This document shows, piece by piece, positions 1 through 8,974 of a stretch of 64,000 nt of DNA; the stretch's first letter is position 1; every line of letters begins with the position of its first letter. The stretch is taken from positions 6,287 through 70,286 of the forward strand of contig JASJBK010000003.1 in NCBI GenBank assembly GCA_030066555.1, given 5' to 3'. The DNA is from Halieaceae bacterium. GTDB taxonomy: Bacteria > Pseudomonadota > Gammaproteobacteria > Pseudomonadales > Halieaceae. A program made the position numbers and the translations under genes. The notes under the pieces were generated by a model. The model saw only the letters and a list, made by a program, of their open reading frames with translations, made no database searches and was not told where the DNA came from.

Positions 1-679
1 CCAGTACCCGCCGCTCGCGGCACTGGCCGCTGAAACGGGCCCGGTTTTCGCGGTGATCGTAGAACCAGCCAGTCTTCTGGCCACGCTGCGCCGGCGCCAG
101 GAATTTCACCCCGTTTTCGAACAGCTCGAGGGTATCCGGCACCTCGCCGTACACTACCTCGACACGACTCTCCAGACCCTGTTCCTGCCGTGAGCGGCTG
201 TCGGCCCGCAGCAAGATGCCGGCTGGCGCCAACTCGGCCACCAGGGCCTCAACCAGGACATCGCGGTACTGTTCGGCACCCGCCGTATTGAGCTGAACCA
301 CCAGGTAGTTTCCGTAGCGGTCTGCGACTATGCCGGACACACCATCGCTGTCGCCGTACAGCAGGCGGTAACAGCCATCACTGTAATAGCGCTCGCGCAG
401 GTCGAGGGCGGCGCGGATGCGCCCGGCGGCGTGATCGACATCGAACTGTCGGTCGGGCGCACGGGTGACAACCCGGGCGCAGATCAGCGAGTTGGGCTCC
501 ATATAGGCAGAGGCCAGTACCTCGCCGGAGGCAGCGGTGACATTGACCGGGTCACCAGGCTCGAATTGCCCCAGCGGGGAGTGCCGGGTATCGATTTCGT
601 TGCTGTAGATCCAGCAGTGGCCGTGCCTGAGCCTGCGGTCTGCGCCCTGACGCAGCCGGAGCTCAGGATTGTTCAGCAC
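1..679 (-). CDS. rlmI: Class I SAM-dependent 23S rRNA m5C methyltransferase, RlmI/YccW-like (N-terminal ~226 aa only; C-terminus lies beyond window start)
   Basis: Not in the ORF track because it runs off the edge. Hand translation of the minus strand from GTG 679-677 gives VLNNPELRLRQGADRRLRHGHCWIYSNEID...GQKTGWFYDHRENR. This is a PUA-like N-domain plus the QKTG-F-D-R motif typical of the RlmI family. The GTG abuts the gcvH stop (680-682). Confidence 0.6.
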   Translation of the reverse strand, partial: MLNNPELRLRQGADRRLRHGHCWIYSNEIDTRHSPLGQFEPGDPVNVTAASGEVLASAYMEPNSLICARVVTRAPDRQFDVDHAAGRIRAALDLRERYYSDGCYRLLYGDSDGVSGIVADRYGNYLVVQLNTAGAEQYRDVLVEALVAELAPAGILLRADSRSRQEQGLESRVEVVYGEVPDTLELFENGVKFLAPAQRGQKTGWFYDHRENRARFSGQCRERRVL

Positions 680-1072
680 TCAGGATTCTTCAGCGCAGTG
701 GGCGTCGTAGTCCTCGGCGGACAGCAGGTTGCCAAGATCTGACTCGTCTTCAACCTTCAGGCGGAAGAACCAGCCATCGCTGTAGGGATCGGTGTTGACG
801 GTCTCGGGGGCGTCCTCGAGTGCCTCGTTGATGGCAACCACCTCACCACCCACCGGCGTGTAAATATCAGAGGCGGCCTTCACCGATTCCACCACGCCGG
901 CTTCATCGCCGGCCGCGAGGGTGGCGCCCAGTTCCGGCAGCTCGACGAACACCACGTCGCCGAGTGCACTCTGGGCGTGGTCGGAAATTCCCACGGTGAC
1001 GGTGCCGTCTCCCTCGAGCCGAGCCCATTCGTGGCTGCTGGCGTACTTCAGTTCAGCGGGGGTATGGCTCAT
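680..1072 (-). CDS. gcvH: Glycine cleavage system protein H
   Basis: 130-aa ORF. It has the lipoyl-lysine motif VESVKAASD and the typical GcvH N-terminus ([14 protein letters not shown]). Confidence 0.95.
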   Translation of the reverse strand: MSHTPAELKYASSHEWARLEGDGTVTVGISDHAQSALGDVVFVELPELGATLAAGDEAGVVESVKAASDIYTPVGGEVVAINEALEDAPETVNTDPYSDGWFFRLKVEDESDLGNLLSAEDYDAHCAEES

Positions 1073-1143
1073 GGAGCGCTCCTGTCAGACAGCTTGAATG
1101 GGCGAAATTCTACCCGCTGCCTGTGTAAATACAATGAGCAGGA

Positions 1144-2367
1144 TCAGCGAACGCCCATGGCGTGACGCATCAATTGTTGCTTGAGGGGACCGGAGCGGTC
1201 GACCCAGTGCATACCGGTGTTACGCAACCAGCGCACCGGCAACCGACGCTCGCCGAACAGGCGCTTGAAACCATCCATCGCCGCCATCATCACCAGGTTC
1301 TCGCCCTTGCGGCGGCGCTGGTAGCGCAGCAGCACGTCGATTTCGCCGGGGCTACCGCCGCGACCGGCAGCCGTAAGCAGTTCGTCTGACAGGGCCGCCA
1401 CGTCCTGCAGGCCCAGGTTGATGCCCTGGCCCGCCAGCGGGTGAATGGTATGGGCGGCATCCCCGACCAACGCCAGGCCGGGTTTGACATAGTCGGTGGC
1501 GTGGCGCTGGCGCAGCGGGAAGGACAGTCGCGGCGAGCTGTCGAGCACCTCACCCAGGCGATGCTCAAGCGCGGCGCCAAGTTCGCTGCGGAATGCCTCG
1601 TCATCCAGGGCGAGCAGTTGCTCAGCGCGCCCGGTCTCCGCCGACCAGACGATGGAGCAGTAATGGCGGCCATCGATATCCGGCAGCGGCAGGAAGGCCA
1701 GCGGGCCTGTGGCCAGGAAGCGCTGGTAGGCACAGGCCTCATGGGGTCGCTCGGTACAAACCGTGGTCACCAGGGCGCTGTGGCCGTAGTCCCATTCGCG
1801 GGTGAGGAAACCCGCCAGTTCACGCAGCCGCGACAGGGCGCCGTCGGCACCCACCACCAGTGGCGCCGACAGGGCACTGCCATCCTCCAATTCCACCACT
1901 ACTTCGCCCTCCCGCGCCAGGTCGAGGTCTGCCACCCGGGCCGGACTGATCAGGGTGATGCCGGACTGGCGATCGAGGCCCGCCAGCAGGGCGCCGGCCA
2001 GAAGCCGGTTCTCGATGATGTGCCCGAGATGGGGTGCATCCACTTCTGCGGCCTGGAAATCGATATGGCCGGTACCGTCTGCATCCCAGACTGCCATAGA
2101 CCGGTAGGGACAGATGCGGCTGGCCACGAGTGCCTCCCAGGCACCCAGGGATTCCAACAGACGCTGGGACGCCGGGGTGATGGCGCTGACCCGGGGATCG
2201 AAATCACCGACCCCAGTCGCGGTGGGCACATGATCAATACCGCCGGTGTCCAGGGCTCGCGCCTCAACGAGAGCCAGCCGCAGGCCCGAGTCCTCCAGGG
2301 CTCGCGCCAGCGCAGCGCCGGCAATACCGCCGCCGACCACGATCACATCATAGTCAGGGCCTGACAT
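1144..2367 (-). CDS. ubiI: FAD-dependent ubiquinone biosynthesis hydroxylase, UbiH/UbiF/VisC/COQ6 family (UbiI/VisC-like)
   Basis: ORF 1144..2412. Start moved to ATG 2367, giving MSGPDYDVIVVGGGIAGAAL (GxGxxG FAD fingerprint). It lies directly downstream of ubiH, as visC does in E. coli, with a 14-nt overlap with ubiH. Confidence 0.85.
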   Translation of the reverse strand: MSGPDYDVIVVGGGIAGAALARALEDSGLRLALVEARALDTGGIDHVPTATGVGDFDPRVSAITPASQRLLESLGAWEALVASRICPYRSMAVWDADGTGHIDFQAAEVDAPHLGHIIENRLLAGALLAGLDRQSGITLISPARVADLDLAREGEVVVELEDGSALSAPLVVGADGALSRLRELAGFLTREWDYGHSALVTTVCTERPHEACAYQRFLATGPLAFLPLPDIDGRHYCSIVWSAETGRAEQLLALDDEAFRSELGAALEHRLGEVLDSSPRLSFPLRQRHATDYVKPGLALVGDAAHTIHPLAGQGINLGLQDVAALSDELLTAAGRGGSPGEIDVLLRYQRRRKGENLVMMAAMDGFKRLFGERRLPVRWLRNTGMHWVDRSGPLKQQLMRHAMGVR

Positions 2368-3598
2368 CGCGATACTCCGTGCTGGCCGCCACGCCGGCAG
2401 TGCGGCGCACAAACTCCCGCTTCAGACCCGGCGCCAGGTCCAGGGCGAACAGCCCCAGGTCGCGCAGGGCCGAGACGGCAAGGTCTTCCTGCATGAACAG
2501 GTCGGGCAGGCGATCACTGAAAGCCGTGGTCTGGGCCTGGTCGGTAGCCTGGGCGTCGCGGTAGCCCAACAACACCTCGAGGTCACCGGGCGACGTGCCC
2601 CGTTCAACGGCCTGCGCCAGGCAACTGGCGAGGCGCGCCACGTCGCGCAGGGCCAGGTTGAAACCCTGGCCCGCAACCGGGTGCAGGGCGTGGGCGGCAT
2701 TGCCCATCACCACCACACCGCTGCGCACCTGTTCCTCGGCCTCCACCAGCGCCAGCGGGTAGCTGTGGCGCTTGCCGAGCTGCTCAAGCCGCCCGAGCCG
2801 ATAGCCAAATTCCTTCTGCAGGCGTGCCAGGAAATCCCCGTCGCTGGAGTCCAGCAGTGCCTCAGCGTCGGCCTGGGGCAGGGTCCAGACCAGTGCGCTA
2901 CGGGCCCGGCTGGCGCCGGGTTCCCGGGGCAGGGGCAGCATCGCCAGGGGCCCGCGCGGGGTAAAGCGCTCGAAGGCGCGGCCCTCGTGGTCAAGCCGGT
3001 GCCCGATATTGGCGATTATGGCCTGCTGTGCATAGCGATGTTCGCGGTGGCCAATGCCCAACGACGTTCTCAGGCTCGAGTTTGCACCATCAGCCACTAC
3101 CAGCAAATCCGCCTCGAGGCGGTCGCCGCCTTCCAGGACCAGGCTGGCGCCGTCATCGCGGCTCTCCGCCCGCTCGACCCTTGCCGGGCTGACAGTGCGC
3201 ACCGATCCGTCGAGCAGTGCCCGCAGCAGGCTGTTGCCGAGCCAGGCGTTTTCCACCACGTAGCCCAGCGCGGGCCACTGGTAATCGGCGGCTCGCATAA
3301 GCGTACTGCCAAAGCACCCCTGCTCCGAAACATGGATGGTATCGATCAGCCGTACCTGAGCAGCGATGCCGTCCCACAAGCCCCATCCGCTGTAAAGCAG
3401 GCTGCTGCCATAGGACAGTGCAGTGGAGCGTGCATCGAAGGACGGCGTATAGCTGTCTTCGAACCCGGCCTCGGGGGGCTCAAGCGGAAAAGACTCCACC
3501 AGGGTCACGTCCAGCGACGGCGCCTGGCGCTCCAGAGCCAGTGCCAGGCTGACTCCCACCATGCCGCCACCGGCGATGACCACCCGGCTGGCGCTCAT
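2354..3598 (-). CDS. ubiH: 2-octaprenyl-6-methoxyphenol hydroxylase, UbiH family
   Basis: 414-aa ORF with the FAD fingerprint MSASRVVIAGGGMVGVSLALAL. UbiH/COQ6 family length and motifs. ATGA overlap with ygfB. Confidence 0.85.
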   Translation of the reverse strand: MSASRVVIAGGGMVGVSLALALERQAPSLDVTLVESFPLEPPEAGFEDSYTPSFDARSTALSYGSSLLYSGWGLWDGIAAQVRLIDTIHVSEQGCFGSTLMRAADYQWPALGYVVENAWLGNSLLRALLDGSVRTVSPARVERAESRDDGASLVLEGGDRLEADLLVVADGANSSLRTSLGIGHREHRYAQQAIIANIGHRLDHEGRAFERFTPRGPLAMLPLPREPGASRARSALVWTLPQADAEALLDSSDGDFLARLQKEFGYRLGRLEQLGKRHSYPLALVEAEEQVRSGVVVMGNAAHALHPVAGQGFNLALRDVARLASCLAQAVERGTSPGDLEVLLGYRDAQATDQAQTTAFSDRLPDLFMQEDLAVSALRDLGLFALDLAPGLKREFVRRTAGVAASTEYRDVRP

Positions 3599-4173
3599 GC
3601 CTCCGGCTCCGCGGTGGCGTCGTCATCCATAACCCGGTTCATGAACAGGTTGAGGCTGGCGAAGCGGAGGTACTCGGTCAGCTCGAAGAAATGGCTTTCC
3701 CCCTCTTCGTCTTCGCCGCTGGCATCATGATCAGCCTCGGCGATGGCGGCGATATCCTTGAGCACCTCGCTGGTCTCCTCGTCCAGGCCGGCGCCGTCGG
3801 TCTTGGTCACCATCAGGGCGTAGGCCGCCAGGAACCCCTGGCACCACTCGGCCAGGCAGCGCACGCGCTGGCTGATGTCATGGTCGTCGTCGGGCAGCAA
3901 CAGGTGAAAATCGAATTCTTCGTCCAGCATCGCCCTGGCGGTCACCTGGGCAAGCCGCAGGCTGGTTTCACCCAGTTCGCCATGCAGGCCAAGTTCCAGC
4001 GCCTGGGCCGTGGCAGCCACACAGTCTTCCGCCTGCACGGTCCCCGCCCCGGCGTAGACACCGCAGATTCCGCCGTGCACAAAGGACGGTGATTGCTCGG
4101 CACCCTCGGCCACCATCTGGTTGGCAAAGTCGTCGAAATCGAATGGCTGTTCGTCAGGGTTGGTGAATTCCAT
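3595..4173 (-). CDS. ygfB: UPF0149 family protein YgfB
   Basis: 192-aa acidic ORF (FVHGGICGVYAGAG..., CLAEWCQGFL). It holds the conserved position upstream of ubiH and divergent from zapA-ssrS. Confidence 0.8.
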   Translation of the reverse strand: MEFTNPDEQPFDFDDFANQMVAEGAEQSPSFVHGGICGVYAGAGTVQAEDCVAATAQALELGLHGELGETSLRLAQVTARAMLDEEFDFHLLLPDDDHDISQRVRCLAEWCQGFLAAYALMVTKTDGAGLDEETSEVLKDIAAIAEADHDASGEDEEGESHFFELTEYLRFASLNLFMNRVMDDDATAEPEA

Positions 4174-4238
4174 GCAAGTACTTATATTAATTTCGTGAAA
4201 TCGTTGGCAGGTTATTGATATTACTATGATTTAGTGAA

Positions 4239-4267
4239 TTGACCTGTCCGGTGGCGAACTCTATAGT
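4239..4267 (+). promoter_or_regulatory. Candidate sigma70 promoter for zapB-like/zapA (TTGACC-17nt-TATAGT)
   Basis: TTGACC at 4239-4244, a 17-nt spacer and TATAGT at 4262-4267. It sits in an AT-rich divergent spacer about 55 nt upstream of ATG 4322. Confidence 0.45.
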
Positions 4268-4321
4268 AATGACACCTGATAATTCAGAACACTTTACAAC
4301 GACAGGTGCGATCAAAGGGCC

Positions 4322-4531
4322 ATGGCGGATACGCAGTTCAAGGCGCTTGAAAAGAAGATAGATGATCTTATCAAGCTCTGCGCCGACTTAAACCGCGAGA
4401 ATGTCAGCCTCAAGGCTGATGCCCGGCAGTGGGCGGCTGAGCGGGACTCCCTGCTGGCGCGGAACGAACAGGCCCGCAGCAAGGTAGAGGCCATGCTGGG
4501 CCGCCTCAAGACCATGGAGCTCGACAAATGA
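4322..4531 (+). CDS. Small coiled-coil protein, ZapB-like/TIGR02449-type, upstream of zapA
   Basis: 69-aa heptad-rich helical ORF (KALEKKIDDLIKLCADLNRENVSLKADARQW...). ATGA overlap with zapA. Confidence 0.55.
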   Translation: MADTQFKALEKKIDDLIKLCADLNRENVSLKADARQWAAERDSLLARNEQARSKVEAMLGRLKTMELDK

Positions 4532-4854
4532 GCAAAGCGCGTACGGTTTCGGTCAGCATCCTGGACAAGGAGTACCAGGTGGCCTGTCCGCCGGAGCAGG
4601 AAGCCGAGCTGATCGTGTCTGCCTCCTACCTCGACAAGCAGATGCGCTCTATCCGCGAAACCGGCAAGGTGATCGGCCTGGAACGCATTGCGGTGATGGC
4701 GGCGCTCAATATCAGCCACGAGCTGCTGCAGGCCTCGGAGCAGGAAGATACGCTGACAGCCGCGGATACCGGAGCGACCGATGAGGCCGTGTCCAGCCTG
4801 GCCCGCAAGATCGACGAGGCCATCTTCTCCCTGCGGCAGATGGAGATCGGTTAG
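4528..4854 (+). CDS. zapA: Cell division protein ZapA
   Basis: 108-aa ORF (VSILDKEYQVACPPEQEAEL...AALNISHELL). The canonical zapA-ssrS-ygfA arrangement follows it. Confidence 0.85.
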   Translation: MSKARTVSVSILDKEYQVACPPEQEAELIVSASYLDKQMRSIRETGKVIGLERIAVMAALNISHELLQASEQEDTLTAADTGATDEAVSSLARKIDEAIFSLRQMEIG

Positions 4855-4887
4855 CCGCTCTCCGGCACTTCCGCTATACTGCCCGCT

Positions 4888-5066
4888 GGGAATCCTGGTG
4901 TATTCGCCAGAGAACAAGTTCTCTACCCGATATTTACACCCCAGGGGGTTGCTCGCTGCTGATGATGTGCAGGTCCGCACGACGGGAAGCCTAATTCAGC
5001 ACAGTGACCACCGCCTTGAACCATCGGGTTCAAGGGCATCGTTCTCAGCGGTACTCCGGGTTTTCC
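4888..5066 (+). ncRNA. ssrS: 6S RNA (SsrS)
   Basis: Compared by hand with E. coli 6S RNA. Shared blocks are CCGAUAUUU, GAAGCCU-AA and CCUUGAACCA-GGGUUCAAGGG. The 5-prime GGGAAUCCUGG..GAGAAC pairs with the 3-prime GUUCUC..CCGGGUUUUCC to form the closing stem. A -10 box TATACT (4875-4880) lies 7 nt upstream of the proposed 5-prime end. The ends are +/- a few nt. Confidence 0.85.
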
Positions 5067-5073
5067 GTTCCTT

Positions 5074-5482
5074 TATAAAACCGCTCAGGTCCTTAGCCTC
5101 AGTCGCTATCGAGGCGCTACATCACTGTCATTGCTTGCGTAGCCGCTCCAGCTCTTCTTTCTGCGAAGTCCGCTCAAGTCCCTGGCCTCAATTGCTATCG
5201 AGGCGCTACATCACTTTTATTGCTCGCGTAGCAGCTCCTGCTTTGCATTTTTGCGAAGCCCGCTCAGGTCCTTCGCCTCAGTTGCTATCGAGGCGCTATG
5301 TCACTGTCGTGGCTTGCGTAGCCGCTTCAGCTTTGCTTTCTGCGAAGCCCGCTAGGGTTCCTTGCCTCAGTCGCTATCGAGGCGCTATGTCACTGTTGTT
5401 GCTTGCGTAGCCGCTCCAGCTTTTCTTTTTGCGAAGCCCGCCCAGGTCCCTGGCCTCGGTTGCTATCGAGGCGCTGCATCAG
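5074..5482. repeat. Tandem repeat, 89-90 bp unit x about 4.5, between ssrS and ygfA
   Basis: The anchor motif GCTATCGAGGCGCT recurs at 5105, 5194, 5284, 5373 and 5462. The unit start GCGAAG recurs at 5163, 5253, 5342 and 5431. Units are roughly 80-90% identical by eye. Confidence 0.9.
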
Positions 5483-5527
5483 ATTCCCTGGTTCCTGGGT
5501 GGGGTAGAATTGTTGCCAATACTGTTA

Positions 5528-6145
5528 ATGGAGTCCCGGGGCGTGGATACGGCTGTGAGCAAGCGGGCGATACGCGCGGATATGCGTGCTCGGCGGCGTT
5601 CCCTGTCGGACGCCGCCCAGCGGCGACATGCGCTGCTGCTGGCGGGGCATATCGCCAGGTCGCAGCAGTTCCGGCGGGCACGGCGGGTGGCCATGTACTG
5701 GGCCTGTGATGGCGAGATCGACCTGGCGCCGGTAATGCGGCTGTGCTGGCGGCGTCGCAAGCAAGTCTACCTGCCGCGCCTGCTGCCGGGTGGCAGCATG
5801 GAGTTCGCTGAGCTTAAGCCTGGTAAGAAGACCGTTCGCAACCGCTTTGGCATACCGGAGCCTGCCTTAAGTGCGCGAAAAGGCCAAATCTATGCCATGG
5901 ACCTGGTGCTGGCACCCTTAGTGGCGTTTACCCGCAACGGCGAGCGACTCGGGATGGGGGGTGGCTACTACGATCGCGCCCTGCAGCGGGCCGGGGTATG
6001 CGTGGTGGGCGTTGCCCACAGCTGCCAGCAGGTGGAGCAATTGCCGCGAGACCCCTGGGATGTGGCGATGAAGGTGGTCATAACAGAAAAGGGGGCCATT
6101 CGGCCCCCTTTCCTGTGCGTGCAAACACGCAAAAATTTACTCTGA
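5528..6145 (+). CDS. ygfA: 5-formyltetrahydrofolate cyclo-ligase
   Basis: ORF 5429..6145. Its first 33 codons lie in the tandem repeat, so the start was moved to ATG 5528 (MESRGVDTAVSKRAIRADMRARRR...). The motif GMGGGYYDR is typical of the family, and the gene sits in the conserved position after ssrS. Confidence 0.85.
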   Translation: MESRGVDTAVSKRAIRADMRARRRSLSDAAQRRHALLLAGHIARSQQFRRARRVAMYWACDGEIDLAPVMRLCWRRRKQVYLPRLLPGGSMEFAELKPGKKTVRNRFGIPEPALSARKGQIYAMDLVLAPLVAFTRNGERLGMGGGYYDRALQRAGVCVVGVAHSCQQVEQLPRDPWDVAMKVVITEKGAIRPPFLCVQTRKNLL

Positions 6146-6298
6146 TGAGATTTCGTCCGCCGTGAACACGCCGGCCTGCAGTGCAGATACCGGCTCAGCA
6201 ACACTGCGGCTGGAACTCATCGGCATCAGCAGCGTCACCGCAACGCCGAGGCCGAATACAGCCAGCAAAACCACCAGAAGATCAGGCTTTTTTTTCAC
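6137..6298 (-). CDS. Candidate 53-aa small membrane/secreted protein (below ORF-track length cut-off)
   Basis: Hand translation from GTG 6298 gives VKKKPDLLVVLLAVFGLGVAVTLLMPMSSSRSVAEPVSALQAGVFTADEISSE*. This is a basic N-terminus followed by a 19-residue hydrophobic helix. GC3 is moderately high. The Shine-Dalgarno sequence is weak, and the ORF overlaps the ygfA 3-prime end by 9 nt (convergent). Confidence 0.25.
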   Translation of the reverse strand: MKKKPDLLVVLLAVFGLGVAVTLLMPMSSSRSVAEPVSALQAGVFTADEISSE

Positions 6299-6569
6299 CT
6301 TCTTAGCCCCTATTCAAAAGACCCACATTAAAAACAACCACTTGCAGATGCGGGCAGTTCTTGCGGTTCGCCGCCCGTCACATTGTGGCTGTTTTCACGC
6401 TGATGAGACCTGAAAGGTTGCAACAGCGAATTTTGGTAATTTGCCACAAACGAAGTCGAGTTTAGTTGGCCAAAGCCAAAATGCAAGCCCTTATTAACAT
6501 TTCCGTCAATTTTCTGTGACACTGGTGCGCGTCTTGACGGCTAGTCCCGGACTGCGCGTCCCGGACCAG

Positions 6570-8087
6570 TCAGCTCAGGTACTGCTGGTAGGCAGGGTTA
6601 TCCGTCTCGTCCCAGAACCGATAGTGGATGCTCTCCAACGCGGCATACACCTCGCGTCGCTCGCCGGGCTCCACCTGCAGGCCAACCAGCACCCGGCCAT
6701 AGGCGGCGCCGTGGCTGCGGTAGTGGAACAGGGAAATATTCCAGCGCTGGCCCAGCCGGCTCAGGAAATTCAGCAGCGCTCCCGGGCGCTCTGGGAATTC
6801 AACCCGGAACACCATTTCATTGTCGACGCTGCTGGCGGTGGGCCCGCCCACCATATGGCGCACGTGCAGGCTGGCGAGTTCGTTGTCAGTGAGATCGATC
6901 ACCGGGTAGCCCTTGGCTTCCAGGTCGGCCACCACTTCGCCGGCACCGTTGGTGCCCTCCGCGATCTTCACGCCCACGAAGATGTGGGCATCGCGCTCGT
7001 CGGTGTAGCGGTAGTTGAATTCAGTAATCGAGCGCTTGCCGAGGTCGCTGCAAAAGGCCCTGAAACTGCCCGGCCGCTCGGGAATCGAGACGCTCAGCAC
7101 GATCTCGCGCTTCTCGCCGATCTCGGTGCGCTCGGAGATATAGCGCAAGCGGTCGAAATTGGTATTGGCGCCGCTGGAGATAGCCAGCAGGGTCTTGTCC
7201 CTGATGCCCTCTCGCTCGATGTATTTTTTCAGCCCGGCCAGCGCCAGGGCGCCGGCGGGTTCAGCAATGGAGCGGGTATCCTCGAACGTATCCTTGATTG
7301 CCGCACACATCTCGTCGGTGCTGGCGGTAACCACCTCGTCCACCGTGTCGCGGATGACCCGGAATGGCTCCTTGCCAATCTGTGCCACAGCCACGCCGTC
7401 GGCAAACAGGCCTACCTCCGGCAGGGTAACGCGCCGGCGCTTCTCCAACGCCGCGGCCAGGCAGGCGGCATCTTCGGGCTCGACACCGATCAGCTTGATC
7501 TCCGGGCGCACGTACTTGATGTAGGCGGCGACACCGGCCAGCAGACCACCACCGCCCACCGGTACGAAGATGGCCTCGATGGGATCGGGGTGCTGGCGCA
7601 CGATTTCCATGCCGATGGTGCCCTGGCCGGCAATTACGTCGGGGTCGTCGTAGGGATGGATGAACACCAGGCCCTTTTCCTTGACCAGTTCACTGGCGTG
7701 TGCGGCGGCCTCGTCGAACGTGTCGCCGTGCAACACCACCCTGGCGCCGTGTGAACGCACGCCGTCGACCTTGATGCCCGGCGTAGTGCGCGGCATGACA
7801 ATGGTCGCCTTGACCCCCATGCGACTGGCCGAGTAGGCCAGCCCCTGGGCGTGGTTGCCCGCCGAGGCGGCGATCACACCGCGGGCGCGCTCCTCTTCGC
7901 TGAGCCGTGACATCTTGTTGTAAGCGCCACGCAGCTTGAAGGAAAACACCGGCTGCAGGTCTTCGCGCTTGAGAAGGATGTGATTACCAAACCGCTGCGA
8001 CAGCAGGCGCGCGTGATCGATCGGCGTCTCACGGGCCACATCGTATACACGCGACTCGAGAATTCGTTTTACATAGCTTTGCGGCAT
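6570..8087 (-). CDS. ilvA: Biosynthetic threonine ammonia-lyase (threonine dehydratase)
   Basis: 505-aa ORF with the PLP lysine motif SFKLRGA and two C-terminal ACT-like regulatory repeats. Length and N-terminus (RILESRVYDVARETP) are typical of IlvA. Confidence 0.95.
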   Translation of the reverse strand: MPQSYVKRILESRVYDVARETPIDHARLLSQRFGNHILLKREDLQPVFSFKLRGAYNKMSRLSEEERARGVIAASAGNHAQGLAYSASRMGVKATIVMPRTTPGIKVDGVRSHGARVVLHGDTFDEAAAHASELVKEKGLVFIHPYDDPDVIAGQGTIGMEIVRQHPDPIEAIFVPVGGGGLLAGVAAYIKYVRPEIKLIGVEPEDAACLAAALEKRRRVTLPEVGLFADGVAVAQIGKEPFRVIRDTVDEVVTASTDEMCAAIKDTFEDTRSIAEPAGALALAGLKKYIEREGIRDKTLLAISSGANTNFDRLRYISERTEIGEKREIVLSVSIPERPGSFRAFCSDLGKRSITEFNYRYTDERDAHIFVGVKIAEGTNGAGEVVADLEAKGYPVIDLTDNELASLHVRHMVGGPTASSVDNEMVFRVEFPERPGALLNFLSRLGQRWNISLFHYRSHGAAYGRVLVGLQVEPGERREVYAALESIHYRFWDETDNPAYQQYLS

Positions 8088-8238
8088 TGCGACGGTCTTA
8101 CAGGTTTTGCGGCGTTTACTTACCAGGCCGTCATACTAATGGAGCCGCCCGCTATTTGCAGCCCGGCCCTGTCGGCAACCGGGGCCGCGCCCTATAATGC
8201 CGCATCGCTTTTTCAGGTGTATTCCAGGAGACCGTGTC

Positions 8239-8913
8239 TTGAACCAGGACGAGATGAAGCAGGCCGTTGCGCGGGCAGCGCTCGATTACATCCGCCCCAA
8301 GCTCGAGCGCGACAGCGTCATCGGCATCGGTACCGGCTCCACGGCCAACTACTTCATCGACGCCCTGGGGGAGATCCGCGCAGAAGTGGAAGCCACTGTC
8401 GCCAGCTCTGAAGCTTCCGCCGCCCGGCTGCGCGACAATGGCCTGCCCGTCTACGACCTCAACAGTGTCGACCGCGTCAGCTTCTATATCGACGGCGCCG
8501 ATGAGAGCAATGCCAGCCTGCAGCTTATCAAGGGCGGTGGTGGTGCCCTGACCCGGGAGAAGATCGTCGCCGCCGTGGCAGATGAGTTCATCTGCATCTG
8601 CGACCAGAGCAAACTGGTGCATACCCTGGGCGATTTCCCCCTTCCCGTTGAAGTGATTCCAATGGCCCGCAGCCATGTTGCCCGCGCGCTGGTGAAGCTC
8701 GGCGGCGACCCGGTCTACCGGGAGGGATTCACCACCGACAACGGCAACATCATCCTCGACGTATACAACTTCCCCGTGGCAGCGCCCCTGGAGATAGAAC
8801 GCAAGATCAACGATATCGTCGGTGTAGTTACCAATGGCCTGTTCGCCCATCGCCCGGCTGATGTGCTGCTACTGGGACGGCCCGACGGCGTGGAAACCCT
8901 CAAAGCCCAGTGA
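8239..8913 (+). CDS. rpiA: Ribose-5-phosphate isomerase A
   Basis: ORF 8197..8913. [18 protein letters not shown]...[16 protein letters not shown] aligns with the E. coli RpiA N-terminus MTQDELKKAV. TTG 8239 is preceded by AGGAG (8226-8230). ATG 8254 is an alternative start. Confidence 0.9.
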   Translation: MNQDEMKQAVARAALDYIRPKLERDSVIGIGTGSTANYFIDALGEIRAEVEATVASSEASAARLRDNGLPVYDLNSVDRVSFYIDGADESNASLQLIKGGGGALTREKIVAAVADEFICICDQSKLVHTLGDFPLPVEVIPMARSHVARALVKLGGDPVYREGFTTDNGNIILDVYNFPVAAPLEIERKINDIVGVVTNGLFAHRPADVLLLGRPDGVETLKAQ

Positions 8914-8974
8914 TATGCTCCGCGGCCGGTTTCATGACAGGTTGTACCGACGGGTCCTCCGGGCCCGCATCCCG

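Noticed and set aside
3595-3598. Absence of pepP between ygfB and ubiH, and of dut between coaBC and algC (56973-57028), compared with the E. coli/Pseudomonas gene order I remember.
   Set aside because: The junctions are tight (an ATGA overlap and a 56-nt gap) with no remnants or pseudogene fragments. The genes are most likely encoded elsewhere, and a single window cannot evaluate this.
5074-5482. Possible CRISPR array, because of the regularly spaced repeats.
   Set aside because: The whole 89-90 bp unit is repeated head-to-tail with no unique spacers between conserved repeats. There are no cas genes in the window.
4781-5709. ORFs 4781..5410 and 5362..5709 (+), running through the 6S RNA gene and the 89-90 bp tandem repeat. 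They could be read as a repeat-containing protein.
   Set aside because: The first overlaps the well-supported 6S RNA. The repeat period alternates between 89 and 90 nt, so the frame is not preserved between units. The translations are Ser/Arg/Ala-rich nonsense.
6328-6522. 64-aa ORF (-) directly downstream of ilvA.
   Set aside because: Third-position GC is only about 50% by hand count, well below what I see by eye in confident genes here. There is no recognisable motif. It is more likely a non-coding AT-richer spacer, and an sRNA or promoter for the downstream small ORF cannot be excluded.
6541-6569. GTCCCGGAC...GTCCCGGAC motif just downstream of the ilvA stop, considered as a terminator.
   Set aside because: It is a direct repeat, not an inverted one. 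There is no stem-loop plus U-tract on the ilvA (minus) strand.
8834-8974. Upstream-extended starts given by the ORF track: SBP 8834, algC 56861, metX 43307, pgk 23710, mutM 53840, coaBC 55695, trmB 47833, rsmE 31180 and ubiI 2412.
   Set aside because: The extensions overlap the preceding gene or lack homology to the family N-terminus. Internal starts restore canonical N-termini, signal peptides or NTGA coupling overlaps.
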